64,000 nucleotides of DNA, from assembly GCA_951406725.2 (NCBI GenBank), contig OX597816.1, forward strand, positions 126,046,001 to 126,110,000. The letters are read 5' to 3'. The notes under the pieces were generated by a model, which saw only the letters and a list, made by a program, of their open reading frames with translations, ran no database searches and had not been told where the DNA came from. The translations under genes were made by a program, and so were the position numbers. Origin of the DNA: Octopus vulgaris (taxonomy: Eukaryota). The first letter of the stretch is position 1. Every line of letters starts with the position of its first letter. This document shows, piece by piece, positions 40,401-54,908 of this stretch.

Positions 40401-40538
40401 GCGTTTCCGTAAGTGCTATGCATAAGGCTTGATTGCATGCAACAAAGTCTCTCAGGAACGGGATTTTTGTCCTGTTACTGAGTGTTTGCAGTCCTCTGAT
40501 GTTCAGTAGGAGCATCGAGGTGAGGTGTACGTTGTTGC
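37500..40538 (-). mobile_element. CR1-clade LINE with nearly complete but disrupted ORF2 (APE + RT)
   Basis: LLNIRGL, ALTETHL, MGDFNLP and SDHN (APE) plus full RT motifs with YADDTK; stop at ~39964 and small frameshifting deletions near 39360 and 38610; (ATCA)n tail. Confidence 0.95.
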
Positions 40539-41152
40539 CATATATATACATATATGGATACATATATATATACATATATGGATACATATATATATATACA
40601 TATATGTATACATATATATATACACATATATGTATACATATATATATACATAAATGTATACATATATATATGGATACACATATATGTATACATATATATA
40701 TATCCATAAATGTATACATATATATATGGATACACATATGTATACATATATATATATACATAAATGTATACATATATATATACACATATATGTATACATA
40801 TATGTATATATATATATATGTATACATAAATGTAAACATATATTATATAAATACATATATGTATACATATATGTATATATATATATATATATACATATAT
40901 GTATACATATATGTATACATATATGTATACATATATATACATATATGTATACATATATGTATACATATATGTATACATATATATATATACATATATGTAT
41001 ATATATATATATGTATACATAAATGTATACATATATTATTTAAATACATATATATATATATACATATATGTATATATATATATATGTATACATAAATGTA
41101 TACATATATTATATAAATACATATATATATTATATACATATATATATATACA
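40539..41152. repeat. Complex AT microsatellite
   Basis: Direct inspection. Confidence 0.97.
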
Positions 41153-42257
41153 TATCATCATCATCATCATCATCATCATTTAGCGTCCGTTTTCCATGCT
41201 AGCATGGGTTGGACGGTTCAACTGGGGTCTGGGGAGCCCGAAGGCTGCACCAGGCCAGTCAGATCTGGCAGTGTTTCTACAGCTGGATGCCCTTCCTAAC
41301 GCCAACCACTCCGAGAGTGTAGTGGGTGATTTTATGTGCCACCGACACAGGTGCCAGACGAGGCTGGTGAACGGCCACGCTCGGATGGTGTTTTTATGTG
41401 CCACCGACACAGGTGCCAGACGAGGCTGGCAGACGGCCACGCTCGGATGGTGTTTTTATGTGCCACCGACACAGGTGCCAGATGAGGCTGGCGGACGGCC
41501 ACGCTCGGATGGTGTTTTTATGTGCCACCGACACAGGTGCCAGATGAGGCTGGCGGACGGCCACGATCGGATGGTGTTTGTTACGTCCCCAAAGCACGGA
41601 GGCCAGTCTATACGGTACTGGCTACGGCCACGTTCGGATGATTTTCTTGTGTGCCACCGGCACTGGTACCACAAAGATACAAATTCCATTGATGTTCATC
41701 TATTTTGATTTGTTTTGATTTGATTTTCACTTGCCTCAACAGGTCTTCACAAGTGTCACAAGAAGGAAGGTATGCACAGGTGGACTGACTACGTCCCAGG
41801 TAGGGGCCACGGGTTATGGCCTGACTAGTCTTGCCGGGTCTTCGGATGGTGTTTTTATGTGCCACCGACACAGGTGCCAGATGAGGCTGGCGAACGGCCA
41901 CGATCGGATGGTGTTTGTTACGTGCCCACAGCACGGAGGCCAGTCGATGCGGTACTGGCTACGGCCACGTTCGGATGGTTTTCTTGTGTGCCACCGGCAC
42001 TGGTACCACAAAGATACAAATTCCATTGATGTTCATCTATTTTGATTTGATTTGATTTGATTTTCACTTGCCTCAACAGGTCTTCACAGGTCTTCACAAG
42101 TGTCACAAGAAGGAAGGAAGGTATGCACAGGTGGACTGACTACGTCCCAGGTAGGGGCCACGGGTTATGGCCTGACTAGTCTTGCCGGGTCTTCGGTTGG
42201 TGTTTTTATGTGCCACCGACACAGGTGCCAGATGAGGCTGGCGAACGGCCACGATCA
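41153..42257 (-). mobile_element. RTE 3'-UTR/tail copy with expanded internal repeats
   Basis: Reverse complement of the 9130-9705-type UTR; (CAT)n at the left end; four 62-bp units at 41331-41580 and ~340-bp higher-order duplications. Confidence 0.9.
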
Positions 42258-42850
<593 letters not shown>

Positions 42851-42854
42851 TAAA

Positions 42855-43132
42855 TCATCATCATCATCGTTTAGCGTCCGCTTTCCATGCTAGCATGGGT
42901 TGGACGATTTTGACTGAGGGCTGGCGAACCAGATGGCCGCACCAGGCTCCAATCTTGATCTGACAGAGTTTTTACAACTGGATGCCCTTCCTAACGCCAA
43001 CCACTCCAAGAGTGTAGTGGGTGCTTTTTACGTGCCACCGGCACGGGGGCCAGTCAGGCGGTACTGGCAATGACCTCGCTCGAATCTTTTTACACATACC
43101 ACCAGCACAAGTGCCAGTAAGGCGACGCTGGT
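42855..43132 (-). mobile_element. RTE/SINE 3' tail
   Basis: catcatcatcgtttagcgtccgctttccatgctagcatgggttggacg...gatgcccttcctaacgccaaccactcc. Confidence 0.9.
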
Positions 43133-43314
43133 CATATATATAAATATATATATTATATATAAATATATATTATATATGCATATATATATTCATATATATA
43201 TATATATAAATATATAAATAATATATACATATTATCTCTATTTAATCTCTCTCTATGAAATCATATATATGTATAGATATATATATTATATATATATATA
43301 TATATAGATATACA

Positions 43315-43680
43315 AGATAAGAAAATGGAGAAATACATCTAAATCAAATATCAATTACCAGATAATACTAAATCACATACTTTATTAAACCACCAATCAA
43401 AGAGACTGTAGGGTTAAATATAAAAAGCAGAACAAATCAGTGTACATAAAGGAATGTACATAAAAAAGTGTACATAAAAGAGTAATGTTGTATAATAAGT
43501 AGAATATATATAAAAGAGAATATAAATACAAGTAAATATAAGTATAAATTAGATCTTACAGCTGTTTCGGCCATGTCGATAATTATGTCTCATTTTACCA
43601 ATATTAGCCCTTTATGGTTGGTCAATATATAGATATAAATGAGACATTAACAAAAATATCACAAGGCCTCTTCGGAGATT
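43315..43680 (-). mobile_element. Penelope-like terminal (pLTR-type) fragment
   Basis: AT-rich non-coding block between TA tracts carrying a type I hammerhead motif, as is typical of PLE termini; no ORF seen. Confidence 0.5.
43553..43679 (-). ncRNA. Type I hammerhead ribozyme-like motif with extended stem II
   Basis: Minus strand AUCU-CCGAAGA-GGCC-(~95 nt structured)-GGCC-GAAA-C-AGCU-G-UA-AGAU; stems I, II and III all pair; the only core deviation is U4->C. Confidence 0.75.
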
Positions 43681-43695
43681 ATATATATATTTAAT

Positions 43696-44680
43696 AAGCA
43701 TCAGATGTGGTGTGCAAGAGAGACAACTGTGCTGGTATGGTCATGTGTTGCAAATGAATGAGGACAGCTATGTTGAAACGTCTCACACCCTAGCAGTTGA
43801 GGGAACCTGTGGAAGTGGAAGACCCAGGAAAACCTGGGATGAGGTGGTGAAGCGCAGCCTTTGAACATTCGGCCTTACTGAGGCAATGACTAGTGACCAA
43901 GACCTTTGGAGATATGCTGTGCATGAGATGACACGACAAACCAAATGAGACCATAGTCCATGGCCTATGCCAGTGGGTGTAACCAGCCCATTTATGAATA
44001 CCCCTCATTCATTGGACAATAAACCTCGCTTGTGAAGATCTGTTGTAGCAAGTGAAATCAAAATTGCTTACGTGGCCGATGACAGTACCGCCAGATTGGC
44101 AGTTGTGCCAGTGGAACGTTAAAAGCACATCCGAGCGTGGGGTGTAACCGGGCCACTTATGAGTACCCCTCATTCATTGGACTGGACAATGAACTTTGCT
44201 TGTGAAGACCTATTGAGGCAAGTGTAAACAAACCAAAATTGCTGACATGGCCGATAACAGTACCTTGCTGGAGTCAGAGCGTGACCTTGCTGGAGCCACG
44301 GATTGGCTCTCATGACAGTGACATGTGAAAAGCACCATTTGAGCATGATCATAGCCAACGTCACCCTACCGGCACATGAAAAACAACTTTCGAGTGTGGT
44401 CATTGCCAGACTGACTGCTGTGCAGGTATCACATAAAAACATCTTTTGAGCATGAGTGTGGTCATTGCCAGAACTGCCTGACTTGCTGTTTGTGCCGGTG
44501 GCATGTAAAAATCACCCACTACAATCTCGGAGTGGTTGGCATTAGGAAGGGCATTAAGCTGTAGGAACTTTGCCAGACCAGATTGAGCCTGGTGCAGCCT
44601 CTGGCTCACCAATCCTCAGTCAAACAGTCCAACCCATGCCAACATGGAAAGTGGACGTTAAACGATGATGATAATGATAA
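43696..44680 (+). mobile_element. RTE LINE 3' fragment, UTR and tail
   Basis: agcatcagatgtggtgtgcaagagagac...gacccaggaaaacctgggatgag... ending aacccatgccaacatggaaagtggacgttaaacgatgatg. Confidence 0.9.
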
Positions 44681-44717
44681 TATTGTATATACGTATATAT
44701 ATTTTTATATATATATA

Positions 44718-44835
44718 TCACGTAATCACGTAACTGACCAGACTATCAGATGTTGTTACACATCGCTGGTCACAATGCGTTCGCATTGTTTTAGCTTTCG
44801 AATGATGCCACCCCGCTGGCTAAGCGAGCAGGCCA

Positions 44836-44836
<1 letters not shown>
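44718..44836. repeat. Short interspersed-repeat fragment in a TA tract
   Basis: atcacgtaactgaccag start recurs as atcacgtgaccgaccag at ~48824-48840; family not assignable. Confidence 0.45.
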
Positions 44837-44869
<33 letters not shown>

Positions 44870-45110
44870 GCATATAATAATATTAGGGTGTATACCTCCA
44901 AACTTACAGGGAATAATTCAATTTATTAAATCAAATTTCACAATATAGATATATAAAATATAAATTAGAGATAAAACCACTATTATGCAACTCAAACAGT
45001 GATAGATATAAACCAAAACATAAATAATAAATAAAATATATTTTTATAAAACATATGACTAGATCTCAAAAAGTATATAAATGAATATTCAATATATAAT
45101 AAGTAAAAAA

Positions 45111-45188
45111 ACTATGTATGCTTCATGGCTACAATTAAATTCGAATTACGATGAATTTAGTTTAAAATTATAGTCAATCTTCAGGTTA
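45111..45188 (-). ncRNA. Degenerate hammerhead-like motif in a probable PLE terminal fragment (~44880-45330)
   Basis: Minus strand CUGAAGA-U-UGACUAUAAU..UAAAUUC/GAAUUUA..AUUGUAGCCA-U-GAAGC-AUAC-AUA; GAAA changed to GAAG and GUA to AUA. Confidence 0.5.
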
Positions 45189-45404
45189 ACAATAATAATA
45201 GATATATAAGCAAATAGAGTTAAACAATATTTATTTTAAAAATAAATAAAATAATAATTTTTCTTATGGAAGAAACTCCATTAACTAAATTTGAAACTTA
45301 AAACATTAGGTTTAGTTTCCTACAATACATTTATTATGTTAAATATTTAATATTTAGGGTAAAAAAAAAGCAATTTCACATTCCACAACAGCTCTACGCA
45401 AGCA

Positions 45405-46232
45405 TAGCTTATTGTCCAATGACTGAAGGGTACTCTTAAATGGGCTGATTATACAGCACTGGCATAGGCCATGGTTATGTTCTCACTTCACTTTTCGGGT
45501 TTTCTCAAGCACAGCATAACTCCAAAACGACTCGGTCATTTGACATTGCCTCAATGAGGCCCAATATTCAAAGGTCATGCTTCACCACCACATCCCAGGT
45601 CTTCCTGGGTCTACCTCTTCCACAGGTTCCCACAACTGCTAGGATGTGACACTTTTTCAAACAGTTGTACTTATCCATTCACAACACATAACCATGCCAG
45701 CACAGTCATCTCTCTTGCACACCACATCTGATGCTTCTTAAGTCCAACTTTTCTCTCAGGGCACATACACACTGACATTACACATCCAGCAGAGCATACT
45801 GGCTTCATTCCCTGGAAGCTTATGCATATCCTCAGCAATCACAGCCCATGTTTCACTGCCATATAGCATAGCTATTTGCATACATGCATCATACAGTCTA
45901 CCTTTCATTCTGAGCAAGAGGCTCTTTGTCACCAGCAGAGGTATGAGCACTCTGAACTTTGCCCAGGCTATACCGACTCTAGCAGGTACACTTTCCAAGA
46001 ATCCACCCCCACTACTGACTTGGTCAATATAGGTAACGAAGCTATCGACTACTTGTAGTTTTTCCACTGGAATGTGACGGAAGCTGTTCTCCACAGGTTT
46101 TCAGTGTTTATTGCTACTGAGCATTTGCCAAACAAAAACTATCATCCCAGTTAACCTTCCTTTGATATTGCTGCACCTCTTATTGTCCATAGCTTATATT
46201 GGGTACATCTTATGGTGTTTCTACCTATACTT
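45405..46232 (-). mobile_element. RTE LINE 3' ORF2 fragment
   Basis: ORFs GRNTIRCTQYKLWT and GRLYDACMQIAMLYGSETWAV are homologous to 8350-9120. Confidence 0.9.
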
Positions 46233-46262
46233 TTTGTATATATATATACATACACATATATA

Positions 46263-47003
46263 TTAGCAGCTAAACCCAGTTTTACCCGGTCGGTTTGGAT
46301 GATGTAGCTGTAAAACCTATTCTGAGTGAGCATTCGACTTGTTTGGGCAAGCTTACATTAAAAAACAATTTTAGAATGACTTTGTTAAAATGCTAAAAAT
46401 AACTGACCGACAAAAAAAAAACCGACATTCAATCAAATTAAAAAATAAACCCAAATACTAAGCAAACAAAGATGATCCATCCCACAGCCATTGCCCATGC
46501 ATGCACGCACACACACACACACACACACAAGCATACACACATTCATACACCACTTTTACATACACACACATATGTTCACACAGAGATGAAATACTGTTTG
46601 ATTTATATTTTCAGTGTACAATTTTCATCATCCCACTACCAAGCATGACATCACCCCTTCTTTCCTTCCTTATTCATCTAGCACACCATCCTTCTCACTC
46701 ATAAAAACAAGAGTATTATTATAGTACATTATCTCAGTAACAAAGAGAATTGTGAAAAACATATGACATCGCCCCTTCCGTCTTTATTTATTGATCACAC
46801 CTTAATTTCTATTTCATAAACACAAGATATTATTATAGCAGATTATCTCATAACCATGGGAGCAATGAAAATAATACAAAACCCAGCATCACCACAAACT
46901 CATTCTACACATCTCTGTAGTTTTACAGGGAATTCTACTCAGCTGTTTGACCATGAATCCCGAGAAAAGAAACAATCGCCCATGTCAAATTTATATGTAA
47001 AAA
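46263..47003 (-). mobile_element. Non-autonomous Helitron-like element
   Basis: Minus-strand 3' end accgggtaaaactgggtttagctgCTAA|T (hairpin plus CTRR); internal (CA)n and a ~115-bp duplication; 5' boundary uncertain. Confidence 0.5.
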
Positions 47004-47124
47004 CATATATATATATATATACATACATACATAAACATATATATATATATACAAACATATACATAGATACATATATGCATACATATATATATATATATAT
47101 ATACACACAGATACATATATACAT

Positions 47125-48150
47125 ATCATTATCATCATCATGGACGGTTCTGAACTGGCAGTGATTTCTACAGCTCGATGCTCTCCCTGACGCCAGCCAC
47201 TCCATGAGTTTAGTGGATGTTTTTACATGTCACTGGCACAGGTGCTAGGGGAGCTGGCAGCAGACATGATCGGCTGGTGGTTTTTACGTGCCACTGGCGC
47301 AGAAGCCAGCCAAGGCAGCTCTGGCATCGGCCACATTCGGATGGTGTGTTTTACTTGCCACCAGCACAGGTATCACAACTACAATTTCCATTTGATATTT
47401 ATTTTGATGTTAATGTACTTGACTCAATAGGTCTCTTCAAGCACAGCAGGTCACCCGACGATCCAAGGTAAGCACAGCAGGTCGTTCTGCAATCCAAGGT
47501 ACTTGGATGGGCTGGGGCTATGCGAAACAGGTGAAGGAAACAGCCATGAACTCATATTATTTGTCGGGTCTTTACCGTCACAGCATATCTCCAGAGATCT
47601 CGGTCCATGTCATTGCCTCTGTGAGGCCCAATGTTCGAAGGTCATGCTTGACCACCTCATCCCATGTCTTCCTGGATCTACCACTCCCTCAGATACTTCA
47701 ACTGTTTGGGAGTGGTACTTCACACATCTCTCCTCATCCATCCATAGTTCATAACCACACCAGCAATAACGTCTCTCTTGCACACCACTTCTGATCTTCT
47801 TATGTCCAGCATTTCTCTCGGGGCACTTACACTTCGTCACGTGTACAACTGACATTACACATCCAGCGGATCATGCTAGCTTCATTTCTTTCAAGCCTAT
47901 GCATGTCCTCTGCAGTCACAGCCCATGTTTGACTACCATGAAGCCTGGCTGTTCACACACATGCATCGTACAATCTAAATTTCTCTCTGAGCGAGAGACC
48001 ATTTGTCACAAGTAGGACTCGAAGCTTTCTAAACTTTGCCCAAACTATTCATATTCTAGTGGTGACACTGGCTAAGCATCCACTTCCACTACTAACTTGG
48101 TCACCTATGTAGCGAAAACTTTCAACTACTTCTAGCTTCTCACCCTGGAG
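47125..48150 (-). mobile_element. RTE LINE 3' fragment with UTR and tail
   Basis: Reverse complement homologous to 8520-9700 (YGQTWAVTAEDM-like segment, GVQERRYCW, (CAT)n end). Confidence 0.88.
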
Positions 48151-48154
48151 TGTG

Positions 48155-49682
48155 AGATATATATACAAATATATCTATACATACATATGTACAGATACAT
48201 ATACATACTTACATACATGTATATATACATACATATATATACACATATATGCATACATACATATATAGACACATATATGCATACATACATATATAGACAC
48301 ATATATGCATACATACATATATAGACACATATATGCATACATACATACATAGACACATATATGCATACATACATATATAGATATAAACATATATACATAT
48401 ATATTAGTACATAGATATATAGATATGCATATATATACATATATATATATATATATACGCACATATATATATATAGACATATATATATATACACACATAT
48501 ATAAACATATATATATATAAATATACATATATCTACAAATATACATATATATATACATAAATACATATACATATATATATCCGTAAACCATATATACATC
48601 ATCATCATCATCGTTTAGCCTCCGTTTTCCATGCTAGCATGGGTTGGACTGGGGTCTGTGAAGCCAGAAGGCTTCATCAGGCCCAGTCAAATCTGGCAGT
48701 ATTTCTACGGCTGGATACCCTTCCTATATATATATATATATATATATGTATATACATATATATATACATATATATATATATATATGTATATACATATATA
48801 TATATACATATCTATATATATATATCACGTGACCGACCAGATATATATACATACATATATATATATGTACATATATTTATACATACATATATAGATATAT
48901 ACATATATATATATACATACATATATATATATGTACATATATTTATACATACATATATAGATATATACATATATATATATACATACATATATATATACAT
49001 ATATAGATATATACATATATATATATACATACATATATATATACATATATATATATACAATACATATATATATACATATATATATATACAATATATATAT
49101 ACAATACATATATATATATACATATATATACAATACATATATATATATACAATACATATATATATATACATATATATATACACATATATATATATACAAT
49201 ACATATATATATACATATACATATATATACAATGCATATATATATACAATACATATATATACAATGCATATATATATACAATGCATATATATATACAATG
49301 CATATATATATATACAATACATATATATATACAATACATATATATACAATACATATATATATACAATACATATATATACAATACATATATATATACAATA
49401 CATATACATACAATGCATATATATATACAATACATATATATATACAATACATATATATACATATATACATATATATGCAATATATACATATATATACAAT
49501 ACATACATATATACATATATATACAATACATACATATATACATATATATACAATACATACATATATACATATATATACAATACATATATATACAATACAT
49601 ATATATATAAACATATATATATAAACATATATATATACATATATATATACATATATATATACATATATACATATATATATAC

Positions 49683-49735
<53 letters not shown>

Positions 49736-49753
49736 TAAATATATATATATACA

Positions 49754-49786
<33 letters not shown>

Positions 49787-49787
49787 C

Positions 49788-49886
<99 letters not shown>

Positions 49887-49892
49887 CAATAC

Positions 49893-49944
<52 letters not shown>

Positions 49945-50532
49945 ATATATATACATATATACATATATATATATATATACACATATATATATATATATAT
50001 ATATAAAATACATATATATATATACAATACATATATATATATATACATATATATCTACAATACATATATATATACATATACATATATATATATATATATA
50101 CAATACATATACATATATACATACACATATATATATATGCAATACATATACATATATACATACACATATATATATATGCAATACATATACATATATACAT
50201 ACACATATATATATATACATACACATATATATATATACAATACATATACATATATACATACATATATTTATAAATATACATATATACACACATATATATA
50301 TAAATGTACATTTATACATATATATATATATATATAAATGTACATATATACATACATATATATATATATAAATGTACATATATACATACATATAATGTAC
50401 ATATATACATACATATAATGTACATATATACATACATATAATGTACATATATACATACATATATATATAAATATACATATATACATATATATATATATAA
50501 ATATACATATATACATATATATATATATAAAT

Positions 50533-50563
<31 letters not shown>

Positions 50564-50572
50564 AATATACAA

Positions 50573-50607
<35 letters not shown>

Positions 50608-50783
50608 AATAAATATACATATATACATACATATATTTATAAATATATATACATATATATATAAATATATACATACATATATACATACATATATATATAT
50701 AAATATACATACATATATATATACATATATATATAAATATTTTTTCTAATATTTCATGTGTAAGCATGTATATATATATATAT
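48155..50783. repeat. ~2.6-kb complex (TA/CA) microsatellite array with a short SINE tail at 48597-48723
   Basis: Direct inspection. Confidence 0.97.
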
Positions 50784-51809
50784 AGTGACATTGAAGGACG
50801 CATCTTTCGATTTACAATCTAATATAGTAGAACATTTAGTATATGTCTGTATGTGTATATATATGTGTGTATGTGCATATATATATATATATTGCCTGTT
50901 ATATACATTATATTATTATTTTTATAATTTACTTCCATCTTTACTTTTTAATTGTCACTTTAATTTTAACTTTCCTATGATATACAATTTTCAAGATGGT
51001 GTAATTTGGTTGTTCATTTTGAACAGATAAAAGGTTTTTTTTCAAATATTTCATGTATAAGTCTGTGTATATATATGTAGTGGTATAAATATCAACACAC
51101 AAATTTTTTTCTTCTCCTCTTTCTCCCTTATTTTTATTTTCCCTTTTCTCTTTTTGTCTCTCTCCCCTTCTCCAAACACAGAGACACACACACACACACA
51201 CACACGCGCACACACACACACAAACACACAGGGACACACAGAGACACACACACACACCTCCACAAAACAATCATACAAAGTAGAAGAATTCTTAGACCCC
51301 AAATGGCATTTGACCATCCTCAAAATCATAAAAGGTGTAATTTATGGCCTGCCTACCCACCAACACACACTCAGTGACACTAAAATAGACAAAAGCTAAA
51401 ATTCTTAGAACTCCCTTGGGGGTCCAGCAGGGTAAAGGAAATCCTTCTTCTTCCCCTCTTTCTTTTTAGCCTCAAATACAAATGCGCACACACACACACT
51501 CATACACACATGTTCTCTCTCTCATTTCCACCTCATCCACTTCACCCTCTTGTGCTGTCTTGTTCCTCCCCACCACTATGAAACTATAAAATGATTAAAA
51601 TTCCCCACAAAGGAATTATTTTGATTTGAAAACCCCACTAGAATGGGAGAAAGCACTAATGATCTGAATGATATGATATATATATGTAAAAAATGTAATA
51701 TATAAATAAATATCTGTAAATATGAACCATCTGATCTTCTGATTACCGCATTTCTTCTAATATAAATATACATATATACATACATATATTGCATACATAT
51801 ATACATACA

Positions 51810-54532
51810 TATTGCCCACCGGATGCCCCAAATCATATAGGCAAGTTTGAAGATTGCCTCACAAGAATTAAAGAAATCCTCATGAATCTGGAACACCACG
51901 TGACCATATTTCTTATGGATGATTTCAACTTCCCCAACGTCAAATGGCCCGAAGGTCACAAACTCTCAGGAATGAATCATTGCAAACAAGAACAGGTGGA
52001 GTCCCTGCTCAACCTCACCAATGCCTTATTCATGGAACAAGTTGTACTCAAGCCAACTAGGGCAAATAACATTCTGGATCTCTGCTTCACGAACAATATG
52101 GACATCATTCATGATGTGAAAGTGACACGGACATCAGTTTCGGATCACAACATAATAGAGCTGTCTATGTTTGAGCCGAAAGAAACCAGAGACATACAGC
52201 CTAAAGGAAGCACCGAAATCTCTCCAATCTGAACTTCCACAAAGCAGATTGGAAATCGATCCAAAAAGAGATCCTCAGAGAGGACTGGCAGGAATGTCTC
52301 TCCACACCAGACACTGACGTGAAACTAGAATGTTTCATGTCTTCTGTGCAAGCCGTATGCCAGAAATATGTCCCAGAGCACAAGGCCAAAACAAATAGGA
52401 GCAAGATTCCAAGAGACAGGAAGATCCTCATGAGACGACGGACGAAGGTTGCAAATCATCTCAACTAACATCCCAAAAGTGGCGAAACGTCCCGCCTAAA
52501 AACAACACTGATGGAGATCGACAAAAGGCCGCAACAATCCTATGTGAAGGAGAAAGCAGACAAAGAAGCCTGGGTTATAAATAACATTAAATCAAACCCA
52601 AAAGCCTTCTTTCATTACGCGAAAGAAACAGTCTCAGAGCACTACAAGACAGGACCCCTCCTCCAAAAGGATGGCTCCCTCACAGACAGTCCAACTATGA
52701 TCAGTGAGATGCTGAATGACCAGTTCAAAAGTGTCTTTACCACCCTGTTGGAACACAGACAAGTGAACGAACCAGTGGACTTCTTTGCCGCCTCACCTAT
52801 AACCAGCGAGGCGGTTACAATAGAATGTATTGACATTAGCGAAAAAGATGTCCTACTAGCCATAGATGAACTGAATACAAACTCAGCTGCTGGTCCAGAT
52901 GGTTTCCCAGCCATCCTCCTCAAAGCGTGTAAGCATGCCCTGGCAAAACCCCACAAGATGCTCTTCCAGAGCTTTCTTGCGAATGGCAAACTGCCAAGCA
53001 AGCTGAAGGAGGGAATAATATGCCCAATACATAAAGGGGGAAGTAGAGCAGATGCCAAAAACTATAGGCCTATCTCTCTGACTTCACACATCAGCAAAGT
53101 CATGGAACGGATAGTCAGAAAGAAACTAATTGCATTCCTTGAGGAAAATAACTTGCTGAGTGATATCCAGCATGGTTTTCGACCAGGTAGGAGTTGCCTG
53201 ACCCAGCTCTTACAGCATTATGACTGGGTGTTGAGGCAGTTACTCAACAAATCAAATGTGGACATAATCTACCTTGATTTTGCAAAAGCTTTTGACAAGG
53301 TGGATCATGGTATGACATGCCACAAACTATGTGACCTCGGCATAGCTGGAAAACTTGGAGTGTGGTTGCATGACTTCCTGAAAGATAGGAGTCAGGCAGT
53401 AGTGGTTAATGGAGCCACCTCTATGAACACACAAATAGTGAGCGGTGTTCCACAGGGCACTGTCTTGGGACCACTGCTTTTAATGGTGGCCCTCTCAGAT
53501 ATGCCCTCAAATGCTCGGATAGCCACTCTGGCCAGCTATGCAGACGATACGAAAGTCTCGCAAAAAATACAGAACCCCAGCGATGTTGCACACCTGCAGC
53601 ATGAGTTGGAATCAATCTACAGATGGGCTGAGAATAATAATATGCAGTTTAATGCTGAAAAATTCCAGGCCCTGCGCTACCAGCATCCAAAACTGAATAT
53701 TAAACTTACAGGATACACCGGTCCACAGGGAATTTCAATCCCAGAGCCTAAGTCTGTGAGGGACCTGGGTATCGACATGAGTGATGATACCTCTTTCCAA
53801 GTGCACATTACCAGGATGGCGACAAAGTGCAGACGACTGGCTGGGTGGATACTAAGAACATTCAGAACCAGAGATAAGGAAACCATGATGGTCCTCTGGC
53901 GGACATTCGTCCTCAGTCGCCTGGATTACTGCTCACAGCTATGGTCACCCACCAGTGTAAAATTAACAGCGGACCTTGAAGCAATCCAGAGGAGATTCAC
54001 AAAGAAGATCATCTCTTTGCAACAGCTCAGCTACTAAGAAAGGTTGAAACAACTAAGACTCTACTCCCTAGAGAGAAGACAGGAGAGGTATGCAGAAATA
54101 TATGTCAGGAGATCCTGGAAGGAATTGTGCCAAATTTTGGCATTGTAAGCTACACCAATGCTAGAACGGGACGACACTGCATAGTGCCAAAGATCCCAGC
54201 AATGCCATCACGCTTCAGGACCAGCTTCTGCAACAGCCTGGGTTTCAAGGCCCACAGCTTTTTAATATTCTCCCAAAGAGTCTGAGGAATTAGCACAAAG
54301 TAGATGTAGCGGTTTTTAAATCAAAGCTGGACATCTTCCTGTCAAGAGTCCCGGATGAACCTACCTCACGGCAAGAGGTGCAAATGAATGTAGCTATATA
54401 AAACTCCATTCTTCACCAAGTGCCACATATTAGTCGAGGTTCGTCGTAATAACAGTGTAGCACGAAACAGCGGTGCATCAGCATGGCCGCAGCTCTGAGC
54501 TGGAGCTAGAGTAAAAAAAATACAAAAAAAAA
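51810..54532 (+). mobile_element. CR1-clade LINE ORF2 (partial APE + RT), disrupted, with A-rich tail
   Basis: PPDAPNHIGKFEDCL, LDLCFTN, SDHN; 508-aa ORF 52511-54037 with all RT motifs (YADDTK); same family as 37500-40538 in opposite orientation. Confidence 0.95.
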
Positions 54533-54641
54533 CATATATATACATACATATACATACATATATATTTATATACATACATATATATATATACATATATATA
54601 TACATATATATACATATACATACACATATATATATATATAC

Positions 54642-54672
<31 letters not shown>

Positions 54673-54729
54673 CATACATATACATACACATATATATATA
54701 CATACATATATACATACATATACATACAC

Positions 54730-54764
<35 letters not shown>

Positions 54765-54840
54765 CATACATATATACATATATATATATACATACATATA
54801 TACATATATATATATACATATATACATATATATATATATA

Positions 54841-54872
<32 letters not shown>

Positions 54873-54876
54873 GATA

Positions 54877-54908
<32 letters not shown>

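Noticed and set aside
51260-51400. KGVIYGLP peptide resembling a gag-like ORF1 of non-LTR elements
   Set aside because: Too short to assign
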